From Chamaesiphon sp. (GTDB lineage: Bacteria > Cyanobacteriota > Cyanobacteriia > Cyanobacteriales > Chamaesiphonaceae): DNA of 64,000 nt. The stretch lies in NCBI GenBank assembly GCA_965246715.1, contig CBDFFH010000049.1:73778-137777 (forward strand), given 5' to 3'. The position numbers and the translations under genes are program-made. This document shows, piece by piece, positions 43,636-53,166 of this stretch; the stretch's first letter is position 1, and the number at the start of each line of letters is the position of its first letter. The notes beneath the pieces are model-generated. The model had not been told where the DNA came from, ran no database searches, and saw only the letters and a list, made by a program, of their open reading frames with translations.

Positions 43636-46158
43636 ATGTTTTCACAGTTATTAGCTTACGTTCAAACACTCTCTAAAGTAATCTATTATCTCATCGCGAT
43701 CGTCAGTTGGTATGTAGCGATCGCAACTCCTGATGCTAGCGCGACGACACCAGCCGAGCCAGATCCAGATCGGTTCGACAGCGATAATCTGTCCTCAAGT
43801 CAAATATTCGAGCGAGCCAAAGCTGCGGCACGGGTTGCTACTACCGCAGTCAGCGAACCCGCCGCAACACCAACCGTACAGCAACCGCCTGCCGATCGAC
43901 AAGCGATTGGCGCAACCACTAACGAACGCCGCGACGACGAGCCAAAGCGCGATCGAGTACCAGTAAAAACTCCGGCAGCTAATGTGACAGTGCCACCACT
44001 AACTGGACAAATCGCCCAAGCGACGACAACACCCGTTACACTTCCATTCTCCCTGCCGATCCCAATTTCGCTGCCCATTTCACTGCCCCTCACTCCAAAC
44101 CCAACATTTTCCACCCAAAGTATCAATACACCGATTAACTCGATTCTCACCCCCGAGTTAATCCTCCCGCCAAATAATACACCAGCCGTTATCTCGCCCA
44201 ACGCGCCAGTCGCACCCAAACCAAACACGGTACGCGATCCGCGCTTTATTCTCCCACCGCGCTTACTCGATCCCAATACCGTCGATCCGTTTTCCAATCA
44301 ATTTATCCTCAATGGCGATAAAGTCTCACAAGCCACTGGTACGGTGGTTAAGACTGGATTTGAATCGGGAAACTTTCGGAGTAGCGACCTCAACTTTGAT
44401 ATCTATAAGGTCATTGGGGTCGAAAATATCCAAAGCGTTACCAGCGATAGCGTCGTTCGGGTAAGTAGTAAAATCGAGTCTGTCGGCGTGCGGAGTGTAG
44501 ATCGCGATCGCAATATCATCGCGACTGTATCTAAACCCCAAACATTACTGGGAGTGCGCGAGCAAATCAGTCTCGATGCCGACTGCTTGGATGGTTCGGG
44601 GCGCATTTGTACGTTTCTGCCAGGGATTACGATCGACCAGTCCAATCTCAATCGGCAATTACAGCCGACAGGGGTAAATTTTACCTCAACATTTGGCGAA
44701 GTACTTACGCCGGCATCGGTAGCCGCAATTCGGGAGCCAGGATTTCAAGGTGGTGCAAATGGACAGCTAGCGGGGATCGACCTCAATATCCCCGCCATCG
44801 GATTGGTTCAAACCCCCTGGTCGTCAAATCCCACGCTCACGGGCAGTCGGCGCGAAGATATCAGTTCGGCGGTGGCGGTGAACTACACCCGGATGAATCA
44901 AAATTTTGCCACCAATGGTACCGAATCGGTAATCGGCCGGACGATTCGATCGGCAAGTTACATTAATATCGATCGCAACCAAGAAATTAACGCCGGAATT
45001 CAAGCCCTCGGTCAAGTTTTACCCGAATTTCAGCCCAGCATCGCCCCAGGTAAGCCAGGAGCGCGGATCGTCGTCAATCCCAACCTCTATCGCGCAGTCA
45101 ATGCACTCAGAATTCCGGATAACAGCCAGACAGTCTATCAATCGGGGATCGGTTATGCGGCAAGTCAGGGCAAAGACCCCAAAATTCCGCCTGGAGCCAG
45201 TCATAACGCATTATGGCTCGGTCTATCTCCAGTAGTCGATCGGGAACTCGTCCGCGATTATTACTATAATACTCGCCGCGACCCGCAGATCGTCAATAGC
45301 GGTGGCGGGGAGGGCGGTAGCGTTCCGGTAGCGGTAAATCTCAATAACTTCGGGTTTAATTCGGGCAGCTTGCAAAATGCCTACGGTCAAGGCTATGTCA
45401 CCGTCTACAATCGGGATGTCGATCGGGTCGATGTCGAGACGCTGCGCCAGCGCACCGATTACTACCCCCATCTGAGTTTTACTGGGGTAAGTATGGGCGA
45501 AAATAACCTGTGGCGCTATTATACCGGCGCGATCGTCAGCCTCAACGCACCCTCCAAAGTCAACCAAAATATCAAAGCCTATGTCGGTACCGATTTTTCG
45601 GTCGTCAATCCGCGTGGGTTTAGTTTCGGTGTAGGTGGGGTCGGCTATCTCAATCCCGATCCGGAATATGCGACTCAACTCTATGCTAATGCCAATCAAT
45701 CGATCGGGTTGGGCGCAAATCCCCGCAATAATCTGACGCTGGGCGTAAATGCCAATTATATCCCCGACGGCGTTATCAAGATCCAGTCGCTCCCCGTACG
45801 CTCGGCTCAAAGTTTTGTCAGTGCGGGGATGAGCGTCAATCTGGGCGATGTTTCGATCGGCGGGACGCAATTTTTTGGTGGTGCGCTACCAGATGCGGTA
45901 GATACCAAAACACTAGTTACGCTCGGCTGGAAAGTAACCGATCGATTGAATGTCGGCGCATTTTATACCCTCGCCGATCGAAATATTTCCACCAATCCCT
46001 ATGGGGCTAATCTTAGCCTCGCACTCGATCCTAGCGCCAATTCTATGTTGTATCTAGGCTGGAATGCTGCGGAGATCGATTTTCGCCGCACCCTCGGCCC
46101 TAATTCTAATATTTACCGCGATAATACTTTTACGTTATCGGTACGTTATGGATTTTAA
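43636..46158 (+). CDS. predicted outer-membrane protein with C-terminal beta-barrel
   Basis: Signal peptide, Pro/Thr-rich linker, Cys pair, amphipathic C-terminal strands ending FTLSVRYGF (terminal Phe beta-signal). Confidence 0.7.
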   Translation: MFSQLLAYVQTLSKVIYYLIAIVSWYVAIATPDASATTPAEPDPDRFDSDNLSSSQIFERAKAAARVATTAVSEPAATPTVQQPPADRQAIGATTNERRDDEPKRDRVPVKTPAANVTVPPLTGQIAQATTTPVTLPFSLPIPISLPISLPLTPNPTFSTQSINTPINSILTPELILPPNNTPAVISPNAPVAPKPNTVRDPRFILPPRLLDPNTVDPFSNQFILNGDKVSQATGTVVKTGFESGNFRSSDLNFDIYKVIGVENIQSVTSDSVVRVSSKIESVGVRSVDRDRNIIATVSKPQTLLGVREQISLDADCLDGSGRICTFLPGITIDQSNLNRQLQPTGVNFTSTFGEVLTPASVAAIREPGFQGGANGQLAGIDLNIPAIGLVQTPWSSNPTLTGSRREDISSAVAVNYTRMNQNFATNGTESVIGRTIRSASYINIDRNQEINAGIQALGQVLPEFQPSIAPGKPGARIVVNPNLYRAVNALRIPDNSQTVYQSGIGYAASQGKDPKIPPGASHNALWLGLSPVVDRELVRDYYYNTRRDPQIVNSGGGEGGSVPVAVNLNNFGFNSGSLQNAYGQGYVTVYNRDVDRVDVETLRQRTDYYPHLSFTGVSMGENNLWRYYTGAIVSLNAPSKVNQNIKAYVGTDFSVVNPRGFSFGVGGVGYLNPDPEYATQLYANANQSIGLGANPRNNLTLGVNANYIPDGVIKIQSLPVRSAQSFVSAGMSVNLGDVSIGGTQFFGGALPDAVDTKTLVTLGWKVTDRLNVGAFYTLADRNISTNPYGANLSLALDPSANSMLYLGWNAAEIDFRRTLGPNSNIYRDNTFTLSVRYGF

Positions 46159-46331
46159 TAGCTAACCCAAATTGCGATTTAGCTCGATCGATAAGCTGCG
46201 ACAAATCCGAAACACCTCAGCACTGACAATCGAACATTCCTTAAATCGGACATTTTTCAATAAGGTTTGACGAGCGATAATGTCAATAATTTCAATGTAT
46301 TGGGTAGTGACATCGGATTAACAGCAATGCC

Positions 46332-46826
46332 CTAACTCTGTTGAATGCTCGGAGCAACAGCTAAGTCATTTGCGCCTGCTTGCATTGCCGCAATCTCGGC
46401 TAGAGTCCAGGCATGAGTAGATCGACATTGATGCGCTACCAATAGTCCCCACAACCCCCGCTGATTTAGCACTGGAACGACAAGATTGGCTCGGACGTGA
46501 AGTTCGCGCAGAAAGTCTCGATGACAGTCTGCAATCGGTTCAACTTCAATATCGGCGATCGCCCGAGTGCGTCCGGCTTCATAGAGTGCGGCATAATCGC
46601 CATTAAAACATTCATCGGGGCCGCTCGAACCCATAATCGAGAACTTTTCATCGCTCAATGATTCAAACGTAACTCGTCCCGACCATTTATAATAAAAATA
46701 GTACAATACGATTCGATCGGCATTAAGTTTATCCCGCAATCGATCGGTAGTTGTTTGGATTAAAGTATCTCTAGCTAAATCTTTTCGCAAGCGATCGAAG
46801 ATTCTTTCTAAGGCTATATCGGACAT
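46332..46826 (-). CDS. single-GAF protein with cyanobacteriochrome DXCF and CH motifs
   Basis: ADRIVLYYF, PDECF, YEAGR, DCHRDFL, VRANLVVP and WGLLVAHQC. Confidence 0.8.
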   Translation of the reverse strand: MSDIALERIFDRLRKDLARDTLIQTTTDRLRDKLNADRIVLYYFYYKWSGRVTFESLSDEKFSIMGSSGPDECFNGDYAALYEAGRTRAIADIEVEPIADCHRDFLRELHVRANLVVPVLNQRGLWGLLVAHQCRSTHAWTLAEIAAMQAGANDLAVAPSIQQS

Positions 46827-46893
46827 AATCTATTTGTTATTTGTGGTATGTAGCTTAGTTAAATAACTAAAGATCTTTGCAGCATTCGTCCAT

Positions 46894-48078
46894 TTAGATA
46901 TTATCGAAGATTTGATGCGCCATTGCTAGTTTAGAACAATGCAAAATATCGATCCGCTCGCCATTACGTTTGAGTAATACCGCTTGATTACGATCGCTAC
47001 CAAAGCCGCGATCTGGTAAGTCTACGGGATTAGTCACGATCGCATCTAATTGTTTGCGGTGTAACTTTTCTAGTGCCGGAGTAATAATATCTCCAGTCTG
47101 AGCCGCAAATCCAATTAACTTTTGATGGGGCTGCTTGCGTTTACTCAAATCGGCAATAATATCGGGAACTGCAACTAATTTGAGTTCGGTTGGGAGCAAC
47201 TTTTTTGGTAACTTTTCACTACTATAACTAGCTGGCTTCACATCAGCAACCGCCGCACACATTATTACTATATCCGATTCTGTAAAGCGAGCTAGCATTC
47301 GATCGTGCATCTGTTCGCTAGTAACCACAGCCAAAGCTTCGATCGGGCCATCGATCGGCAGATCTGGCAGCGTACTATGTACTAAGGTAACGATCGCGCC
47401 ACGATGCGCCGCCGCGCGCGCGAGTGCCAATCCCATCTTCCCCGTCGCTGGATTGCCCAGAAACCGCACCGGATCGAAAAATTCGCGAGTACCGCCCGCA
47501 CTAATTAAGATCCGCTTACCCATTAGATCGCGATGACCGCGAGTATGGAGCAGCGAAGTAATATAGGGTAAAATCTCGCTAGGCTCGGACATTCGCCCCA
47601 TCCCAACTCGATCGCAAGCTAACAATCCCGGATCGGGGCCAGCCGAATGATAACGTGAATCTTGCCTTAACAAATCCCAATTGCGGCGCACGGCTACTTG
47701 CTCCCACATCTCAGTATTCATCGCTGGAGCGAGTAAAATCGGACAAGTAGAAGCCAATACGGTATTAGTTAAGAGATTATCTGCCAATCCATTGGCTAAT
47801 TTCCCTAGTGTATTTGCAGTGAGTGGGGCAATTAAAAACAGATCCGCCCATTCACCCAACTCGATATGTAACGGACGTTGGTGGAGCGGTTGCCAAAAAT
47901 CTCGATCGGTATAAGCTGGGTGACGCGATAGCGTTGCCACAGTCAGCGGCGTAATAAATTGCTGCGCGCCATCGGTGAGGATTACTTTTACCTCAATTCC
48001 CGCCTTAAATAAGCTAGAAATTACCTCACACACCTTATACGCCGCAATTCCACCACCAATTCCAACAAGAACCCGCAT
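46894..48078 (-). CDS. coaBC: phosphopantothenoylcysteine decarboxylase/ligase
   Basis: [28 protein letters not shown] and AAVAD. Confidence 0.96.
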   Translation of the reverse strand: MRVLVGIGGGIAAYKVCEVISSLFKAGIEVKVILTDGAQQFITPLTVATLSRHPAYTDRDFWQPLHQRPLHIELGEWADLFLIAPLTANTLGKLANGLADNLLTNTVLASTCPILLAPAMNTEMWEQVAVRRNWDLLRQDSRYHSAGPDPGLLACDRVGMGRMSEPSEILPYITSLLHTRGHRDLMGKRILISAGGTREFFDPVRFLGNPATGKMGLALARAAAHRGAIVTLVHSTLPDLPIDGPIEALAVVTSEQMHDRMLARFTESDIVIMCAAVADVKPASYSSEKLPKKLLPTELKLVAVPDIIADLSKRKQPHQKLIGFAAQTGDIITPALEKLHRKQLDAIVTNPVDLPDRGFGSDRNQAVLLKRNGERIDILHCSKLAMAHQIFDNI

Positions 48079-48107
48079 TAAATTAAACCAAGTTGCTATC
48101 TATAATC

Positions 48108-48216
48108 CTAGCGGTTAGAAACCGCTGCTCGGAGTGCAAAGTCCGCCTGCGCGGACTAAATATTTCAGTCCGCGCAGGCGGACTTTGCAACGCTAGCCAC
48201 GATTTCAATCGTTGGC
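48108..48216. repeat. inverted doublet of the AGTCCGCGxAGGCGGACT repeat (REPIN-like)
   Basis: tgcaaagtccgcctgcgcggact-9 nt-agtccgcgcaggcggactttgca with outer small hairpins; relatives at 51851, 53000, 60707 and 62081. Confidence 0.85.
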
Positions 48217-48406
48217 AGTGTAGTAGTGGACACTGTTCACCAACTAGGTTCCAGGCATTATCATCTATCTAAACGATCGAAATAATACTCAGGTAAAGTG
48301 CGCTCTTAAGTAGAATTCTATAAATATATCCATACCCTAGGACTGAAGTAATAAGTTATGGATGGTGGGCACTGCCCACCCTACTCTCTGGTCATTAACC
48401 CCTAAC

Positions 48407-48622
48407 TTACGCTTCATCATAAGCTTCCAGATCGAGCAAATGAATGTAGGGTTCGACTAAATCTGGGCGTTGAAAAGCGATCGCGCGCAAGAAATGCCAA
48501 TCTTGTAAACCATCAAATGGGTTGCCATAATCGTCACTCTCCAACCGTAGTGCGAGTTCTTCTACTTCTTCGCTAGTTAGGTTAGGAATACTATTCCGTT
48601 TAGACATCTCGATTGTGGTCAT
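48407..48622 (-). CDS. DUF2555 family protein
   Basis: LALRLESDDY, GLQDWHFLRAIAF and EPYIHLLDLE; lies upstream of coaBC. Confidence 0.8.
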   Translation of the reverse strand: MTTIEMSKRNSIPNLTSEEVEELALRLESDDYGNPFDGLQDWHFLRAIAFQRPDLVEPYIHLLDLEAYDEA

Positions 48623-48735
48623 AGATCGAATCTCCTGAACGAGTTTAGTCGAATGTAGCAGCTATATTTAAATCTTAGCCTTATTAACCATTATTCCCCA
48701 CTAATGACTGTTGGATTCACAAAAATACTCATTAT

Positions 48736-49383
48736 TTAAGCTTTACTCGTAACAAACTGCCTGACTACTTGCAATACCTCTGGCACGATTGAGTGTCCCA
48801 TGTCAAATTCCTGATACAGCACATCAACGCCCCACTGTGTCAGGACTTCCTGACTTTTGCGCGCAGCCGCGATCTGGACGACATCATCTTGCCTGCCATG
48901 TACGATCGCGACAGGTGGCGCAGCTTGCTGGGGTTTAACCCGATCGGGATGTAAATAACCACTGAGGACGATCAGCCCTGCTACAGGCAAATCCAGCCCG
49001 ATCTCCAGCGTCATCGCACCACCTTGAGAGAACCCCGCAATCCAAGTCCGATCGAGTGGGATACCTGTAGATGCTGGAAGAGACTCAATCCAGGTTGTCA
49101 AAACTTCGCGACTAGTTACTAATTGCGTGATACTGCGATCGGTCAATTGACCCGCACCTGTAAAGGAATACCACATTTTCCCATCCTCGCTATATTCATG
49201 GTCGAAGAGGCCATTAGGAAACAAGAATTGGTATTCAGGTAAATTGAAATACGGTACGAGATCGCCAAGATCTTGATTATTGGCACCCCAACCATGCAAC
49301 AGCACGATCGTGCCCAGTGGTGTATTGGTGCGAGCGGGGACGAAAATAATATCGAGTTTAGGATCGCGAGCGGTTTGATTCAT
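48736..49383 (-). CDS. phospholipase/carboxylesterase
   Basis: LHGWGAN, GFSQGG, HGRQDDVV and MGH. Confidence 0.9.
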   Translation of the reverse strand: MNQTARDPKLDIIFVPARTNTPLGTIVLLHGWGANNQDLGDLVPYFNLPEYQFLFPNGLFDHEYSEDGKMWYSFTGAGQLTDRSITQLVTSREVLTTWIESLPASTGIPLDRTWIAGFSQGGAMTLEIGLDLPVAGLIVLSGYLHPDRVKPQQAAPPVAIVHGRQDDVVQIAAARKSQEVLTQWGVDVLYQEFDMGHSIVPEVLQVVRQFVTSKA

Positions 49384-49496
49384 GGTTTCAATCGATAGTT
49401 TCGGTTAAATTTCGTGGTGGAGCAAAAAAACTCGATCGGGCTACTTTTGGCGGTTATTTATGCCCTAATTCGTACTATAGTGGAGCGTCTAGAAAT

Positions 49497-49844
49497 ATGT
49501 TACCTCTTCCCCTTGGTAAAATCATGACACTACTACGCCTCATTCACAGAGCTAGCATTCTAGCTGGGATGACTTTTGCTAGCCTTTCCGTTTACGGCAA
49601 TCCAGCTCACGCAGATGATGCACTGTTTTGCGTCATTGCTAGTAATGGCAAGACTGTATGCGGTACTCTCAAAGCAATCGAACTTGCTTGTATAACTACT
49701 GATGGTAGCAATACCATCTGTGGTAAGTTCAAATCAGCCACAGATGTTCAGAGGCAAGGACAAGAGACTAGTAAGCCATCGCAGGGAGTCGCTCGTACAG
49801 TAGTAGTAGATCTGACACAACTGTTAAATGCAGCGATTCGATAA
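49497..49844 (+). CDS. small secreted hypothetical protein with two C-x9-CG repeats, possibly truncated
   Basis: Signal peptide ending AHA; CVIASNGKTVCG and CITTDGSNTICG. Confidence 0.6.
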   Translation: MLPLPLGKIMTLLRLIHRASILAGMTFASLSVYGNPAHADDALFCVIASNGKTVCGTLKAIELACITTDGSNTICGKFKSATDVQRQGQETSKPSQGVARTVVVDLTQLLNAAIR

Positions 49845-49878
49845 AATTCATCCATCTGTCGATCGCGATCTAGGATCT

Positions 49879-49936
49879 GTAGGGGTGCCCCTTGTGGGTA
49901 CCCTCATCGATGTGGGGTAAGCACAAGGCATTACCC
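49879..49936. repeat. degenerate GTAG REP-like doublet
   Basis: gtaggggtgccccttgtgggtaccc ... gggtaagcacaaggcattaccc. Confidence 0.55.
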
Positions 49937-50010
49937 AGGTTATTAGTAGGTTTTTAGGAGGAGAGATTTGATAACTCTGTCGATCGAATCGATAAAAAAG
50001 CGAATCTCAA

Positions 50011-50589
50011 CTATGCTTCAATCTTAAAAATTATATCCTCATAGACTTGTTCGATCGAAAATGTTAGATTGATACTGCCTAGATCGATCGTGTCTCCTGC
50101 CTGATAATTGAGGATATACCAATTTCCAGCTTCATCTTTGCGATACAGATCGATCGCGACTGAATTTGCATCCACTAGTACATAGTCTTTTAAGATCGGA
50201 TTTCGCCGATACATTCTGAATTTATTGCCTCGATCGTAAGCCTCCGTAGTAGGAGATAGTACCTCAACAATTAAACATGGATAACTGATAAATTGAGTAG
50301 CAGTTCGATCGCGGAGATCGCAGGTAACACTCAGATCGGGATAAACATAATCATTCGATCCTTGAATATTGACTCTACAATCAGAATTACCTGTTTGACA
50401 GCCACTGCCTCGGAGGTGGCTTTTTAATAAAGCTCCGAAGTTCAAAGCAATACGACCATGATTTAGAGTCCCACCGGTCATCGCATAAATTTCACCATCA
50501 ATATATTCATGACGGCATTGCTGTTGTTCCTCCCAAGCGAAGTATTCTTCAGGCGTGAATTTGGGGAAAGTATCTTTTGCAGCAATCAT
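50011..50589 (-). CDS. Uma2 (DUF820) family endonuclease
   Basis: HEYIDGEIYAM, YPDLSV, LIVEVLSPTT and DRGNKF. Confidence 0.92.
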   Translation of the reverse strand: MIAAKDTFPKFTPEEYFAWEEQQQCRHEYIDGEIYAMTGGTLNHGRIALNFGALLKSHLRGSGCQTGNSDCRVNIQGSNDYVYPDLSVTCDLRDRTATQFISYPCLIVEVLSPTTEAYDRGNKFRMYRRNPILKDYVLVDANSVAIDLYRKDEAGNWYILNYQAGDTIDLGSINLTFSIEQVYEDIIFKIEA

Positions 50590-50598
50590 AGTTTCTAA

Positions 50599-51648
50599 TC
50601 AATCGTTATACAACAAGATTTTATAAGTCTCTGCTGTCGGTTTGGTGGCTTGAGCTACTGCTTTATCGAGATCTTTGAGATGGTATCGATCGCTAATCAA
50701 CGCATCCACATCGATCCGATGGTTGAACACCAGATCGGCTGAGAGCGCCTGAACGCGGAATGACGAACTATAACTCCCCATCAAATCGATTTCTCGGCGG
50801 TACAATACATTCGGATTGATTGGAATCTCCAGCTCATCGGGGAACTCCGCAAAAAACAGAATCTTCCCACCCTTGCGCGTACAATCCAAAGCTTGGAAAA
50901 ATGCTTTATCGCTGGGTACTGCGAGGATGGCAGTATCTACGCCCAACCCGCCAGTCAGCGCGTGAATCTTGGCAGTAATCTCGGGATCGCGTGCATCGAA
51001 AGCCGCCTCTGCGCCTACGGCTAATGCCTTCTCCACCCGCGCTGGAATGAGATCGGTCGAAATCGCGCGCGCGCCAAAATGTTTGACTAACATGATAAAC
51101 ATCAATCCGATCGGCCCAGCACCCGTAATTAAAACCGTATCGCCAGCTTGAATATTTGCTTTTTTGACCGCCTTGAGACAGCAATTCGTCGGCTCGACAA
51201 AACTCGCTTGTTCGTCGGTAACGCGATCGGGAATCGGGATCAAGCCACCATTGCGAACGATGTGTCCTGGCACTTTGACATATTCAGCAAAACCCCCGCC
51301 ACTAGGCGCAAATCCAGCGGTAGTCGTGATATTTTTATAAACTTCGCACATTGAAAAATTGTCGTGGAGGCAGTAACTACAGTGCATACAGGGAATATGG
51401 TGCATCACTACCACCCGCTGTCCGACTTGCCAATCTTGGACATCGGTACCTACTCGATCGATAATTCCCGCTGTCTCGTGTCCGAAGATCCGGGGTGGTT
51501 CGTAGAGCGGATAAAGAATTTTTTTGATGTCCGATTGGCATAGCCCAACTACTTTAACCCGCACCAATACCTCATCTGCTGCGATTTCCGGTACTGGCAC
51601 ATCTTCATAACTGAGCTGATTGACTCCCCGAAATACTTGCGCTTTCAT
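50599..51648 (-). CDS. zinc-dependent medium-chain dehydrogenase
   Basis: C-x-S-D, GHE, CxxCxxC...C structural zinc site and GAGPIG. Confidence 0.92.
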   Translation of the reverse strand: MKAQVFRGVNQLSYEDVPVPEIAADEVLVRVKVVGLCQSDIKKILYPLYEPPRIFGHETAGIIDRVGTDVQDWQVGQRVVVMHHIPCMHCSYCLHDNFSMCEVYKNITTTAGFAPSGGGFAEYVKVPGHIVRNGGLIPIPDRVTDEQASFVEPTNCCLKAVKKANIQAGDTVLITGAGPIGLMFIMLVKHFGARAISTDLIPARVEKALAVGAEAAFDARDPEITAKIHALTGGLGVDTAILAVPSDKAFFQALDCTRKGGKILFFAEFPDELEIPINPNVLYRREIDLMGSYSSSFRVQALSADLVFNHRIDVDALISDRYHLKDLDKAVAQATKPTAETYKILLYND

Positions 51649-51850
51649 TAAAAAACTCCTGATACGGTTGGGAACTGCGTCTTTTTAAAGCGCCAATGAA
51701 AAATTTATCCTGCTTGAGACTCCTAGATATTAGGAAGAGCGGATGACTATTCTCAATAGTATAGTTTCGGATGTGTATCTTGCTGTCAGCGGATGTCTGA
51801 AATTAAGTATGCAAATTACCCACTACGCGATCGCATACTGGATAGTTCTT

Positions 51851-51898
51851 AGTCCACGTAGGTGGACTTCGTCTAGCTAGCAGCGAATTTATTCGCCG
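51851..51898 (+). repeat. single AGTCC-family repeat
   Basis: agtccacgtaggtggact followed by a gcgaatttattcgc hairpin. Confidence 0.75.
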
Positions 51899-52029
51899 CT
51901 TCCTTTGCCAGGTGTCGATAAATACCGATCGAATCCAAGATATTGCCAAATTGCCGGAATCGATCGCGGAGTTACCAGTTAGTTACCGCTCAAGTACTGT
52001 AAAATCTTTCCAGCGATATCAGACAAAAC

Positions 52030-52899
52030 ATGGATCCCCAATTAATTGTAAATGGCATTGCCTTGGGTAGTATTATTGCCCTCGGTGCAGTTGGCTTAAC
52101 TTTGACAGTTGGCATTTTGCGACTGTCAAATTTTGCTCACGGTGACTTGATGACTTTGGGAGCATATATCGCCTGGATGCTAAATCATACCCAGATTCCC
52201 GGTTTGAATAATATTTGGGTATCGATGTTGGTGGGTATTCTCGCCACGATTGGGGTCGCGCTATTGACTGAAGCGCTGTTGTGGAAGCGAATGCGGCGCG
52301 TGCGGGCAACCTCGACGACGCTGGTGATTATTTCGATCGGGTTAGCGTTATTTTTGCGAAATGGGATCTTACTAATTTGGGGTAGTCCTTCCAAAAGATA
52401 TAATCTACCCGTCAGTGAAGCGATCGATTTCTTTGGGGTCAAACTAGAGTTTTATAAATTAGTCGTCCTGGGTTTAGCCATCCTGGCGATCGCTGGCTTA
52501 CACTTTTTGTTACAAAATACCAAAATCGGTAAAGCGATGCGCGCGGTCGCCGACGACGTGGATCTCGCGCGCGTAACCGGGATCGATGTCGAACGCGTTG
52601 TCTTGTGGACGTGGGTGATTGCGGCGGGTCTGACTGGATTGGGCGGTCAAATGCTAGGCTTAGTTACCGTCATTCGTCCCGATATGGGGTGGTTTTTGAT
52701 TTTACCGATGTTTGCCGCAATCACCCTGGGCGGCATCGGCAATCCTTATGGTGCGATCGCGGGCGCATTTATTATCGGGATCGCCCAAGAAGTCGCCGTC
52801 CCGATCGTTGGTTCGCAATACAAACTCGCGATCGCGCTGATTCTAATGGTGTTGACCTTGCTGTTCCGTCCGCAAGGATTGTTTAAAGGAACTGGCTAA
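52030..52899 (+). CDS. natD: branched-chain/neutral amino acid ABC permease (LivH/NatD type)
   Basis: GLTLTVGILRLSNFAHGD, GKAMRAVAD and GGIGNPYGA. Confidence 0.8.
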   Translation: MDPQLIVNGIALGSIIALGAVGLTLTVGILRLSNFAHGDLMTLGAYIAWMLNHTQIPGLNNIWVSMLVGILATIGVALLTEALLWKRMRRVRATSTTLVIISIGLALFLRNGILLIWGSPSKRYNLPVSEAIDFFGVKLEFYKLVVLGLAILAIAGLHFLLQNTKIGKAMRAVADDVDLARVTGIDVERVVLWTWVIAAGLTGLGGQMLGLVTVIRPDMGWFLILPMFAAITLGGIGNPYGAIAGAFIIGIAQEVAVPIVGSQYKLAIALILMVLTLLFRPQGLFKGTG

Positions 52900-52911
52900 A
52901 TGCGAGGGGAG

Positions 52912-52965
52912 CGTAGATCTATACCCACCCCGCCCTGAAGGGCACCCCTCCCAGGAGGGGATTTT
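52912..52965 (+). repeat. GC-rich double-hairpin repeat
   Basis: gcgtagatctatacccaccccgccctgaagggcacccctcccaggaggggatttt; near-identical copy at about 60640-60691. Confidence 0.8.
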
Positions 52966-52972
52966 ACTACTC

Positions 52973-53147
52973 AACGTGAGTTCGGGTTAAGAATCACCTA
53001 GAGACTGGAAGTCTCGGCTAATGATGCGAAGTCCGCCTTCGCGGACTAGTTAATCAGTCCGCGAAGGCGGACTTCGCAATATGAGACACGATTTTAATCG
53101 TTGGCGGTACTGGAACGAAGCAAATATCCTCAACCCGAACTGACGTT
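52973..53147. mobile_element. 175-bp MITE carrying an AGTCC-repeat doublet
   Basis: IRs aacgtgagttcgggttaag / ctcaacccgaactgacgtt; 4-bp direct repeat ACTC at 52969-52972 and 53148-53151. Confidence 0.82.
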
Positions 53148-53166
53148 ACTCACTAGCCACTATCCC

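Noticed and set aside
43733..45870. Several overlapping or antisense ORFs inside the 840-aa gene
   Set aside because: Fully nested in a long coherent ORF with no recognisable motifs.
51649..52029. NtcA box upstream of natD
   Set aside because: GTA/TAC pairs found have the wrong spacing (not N8).
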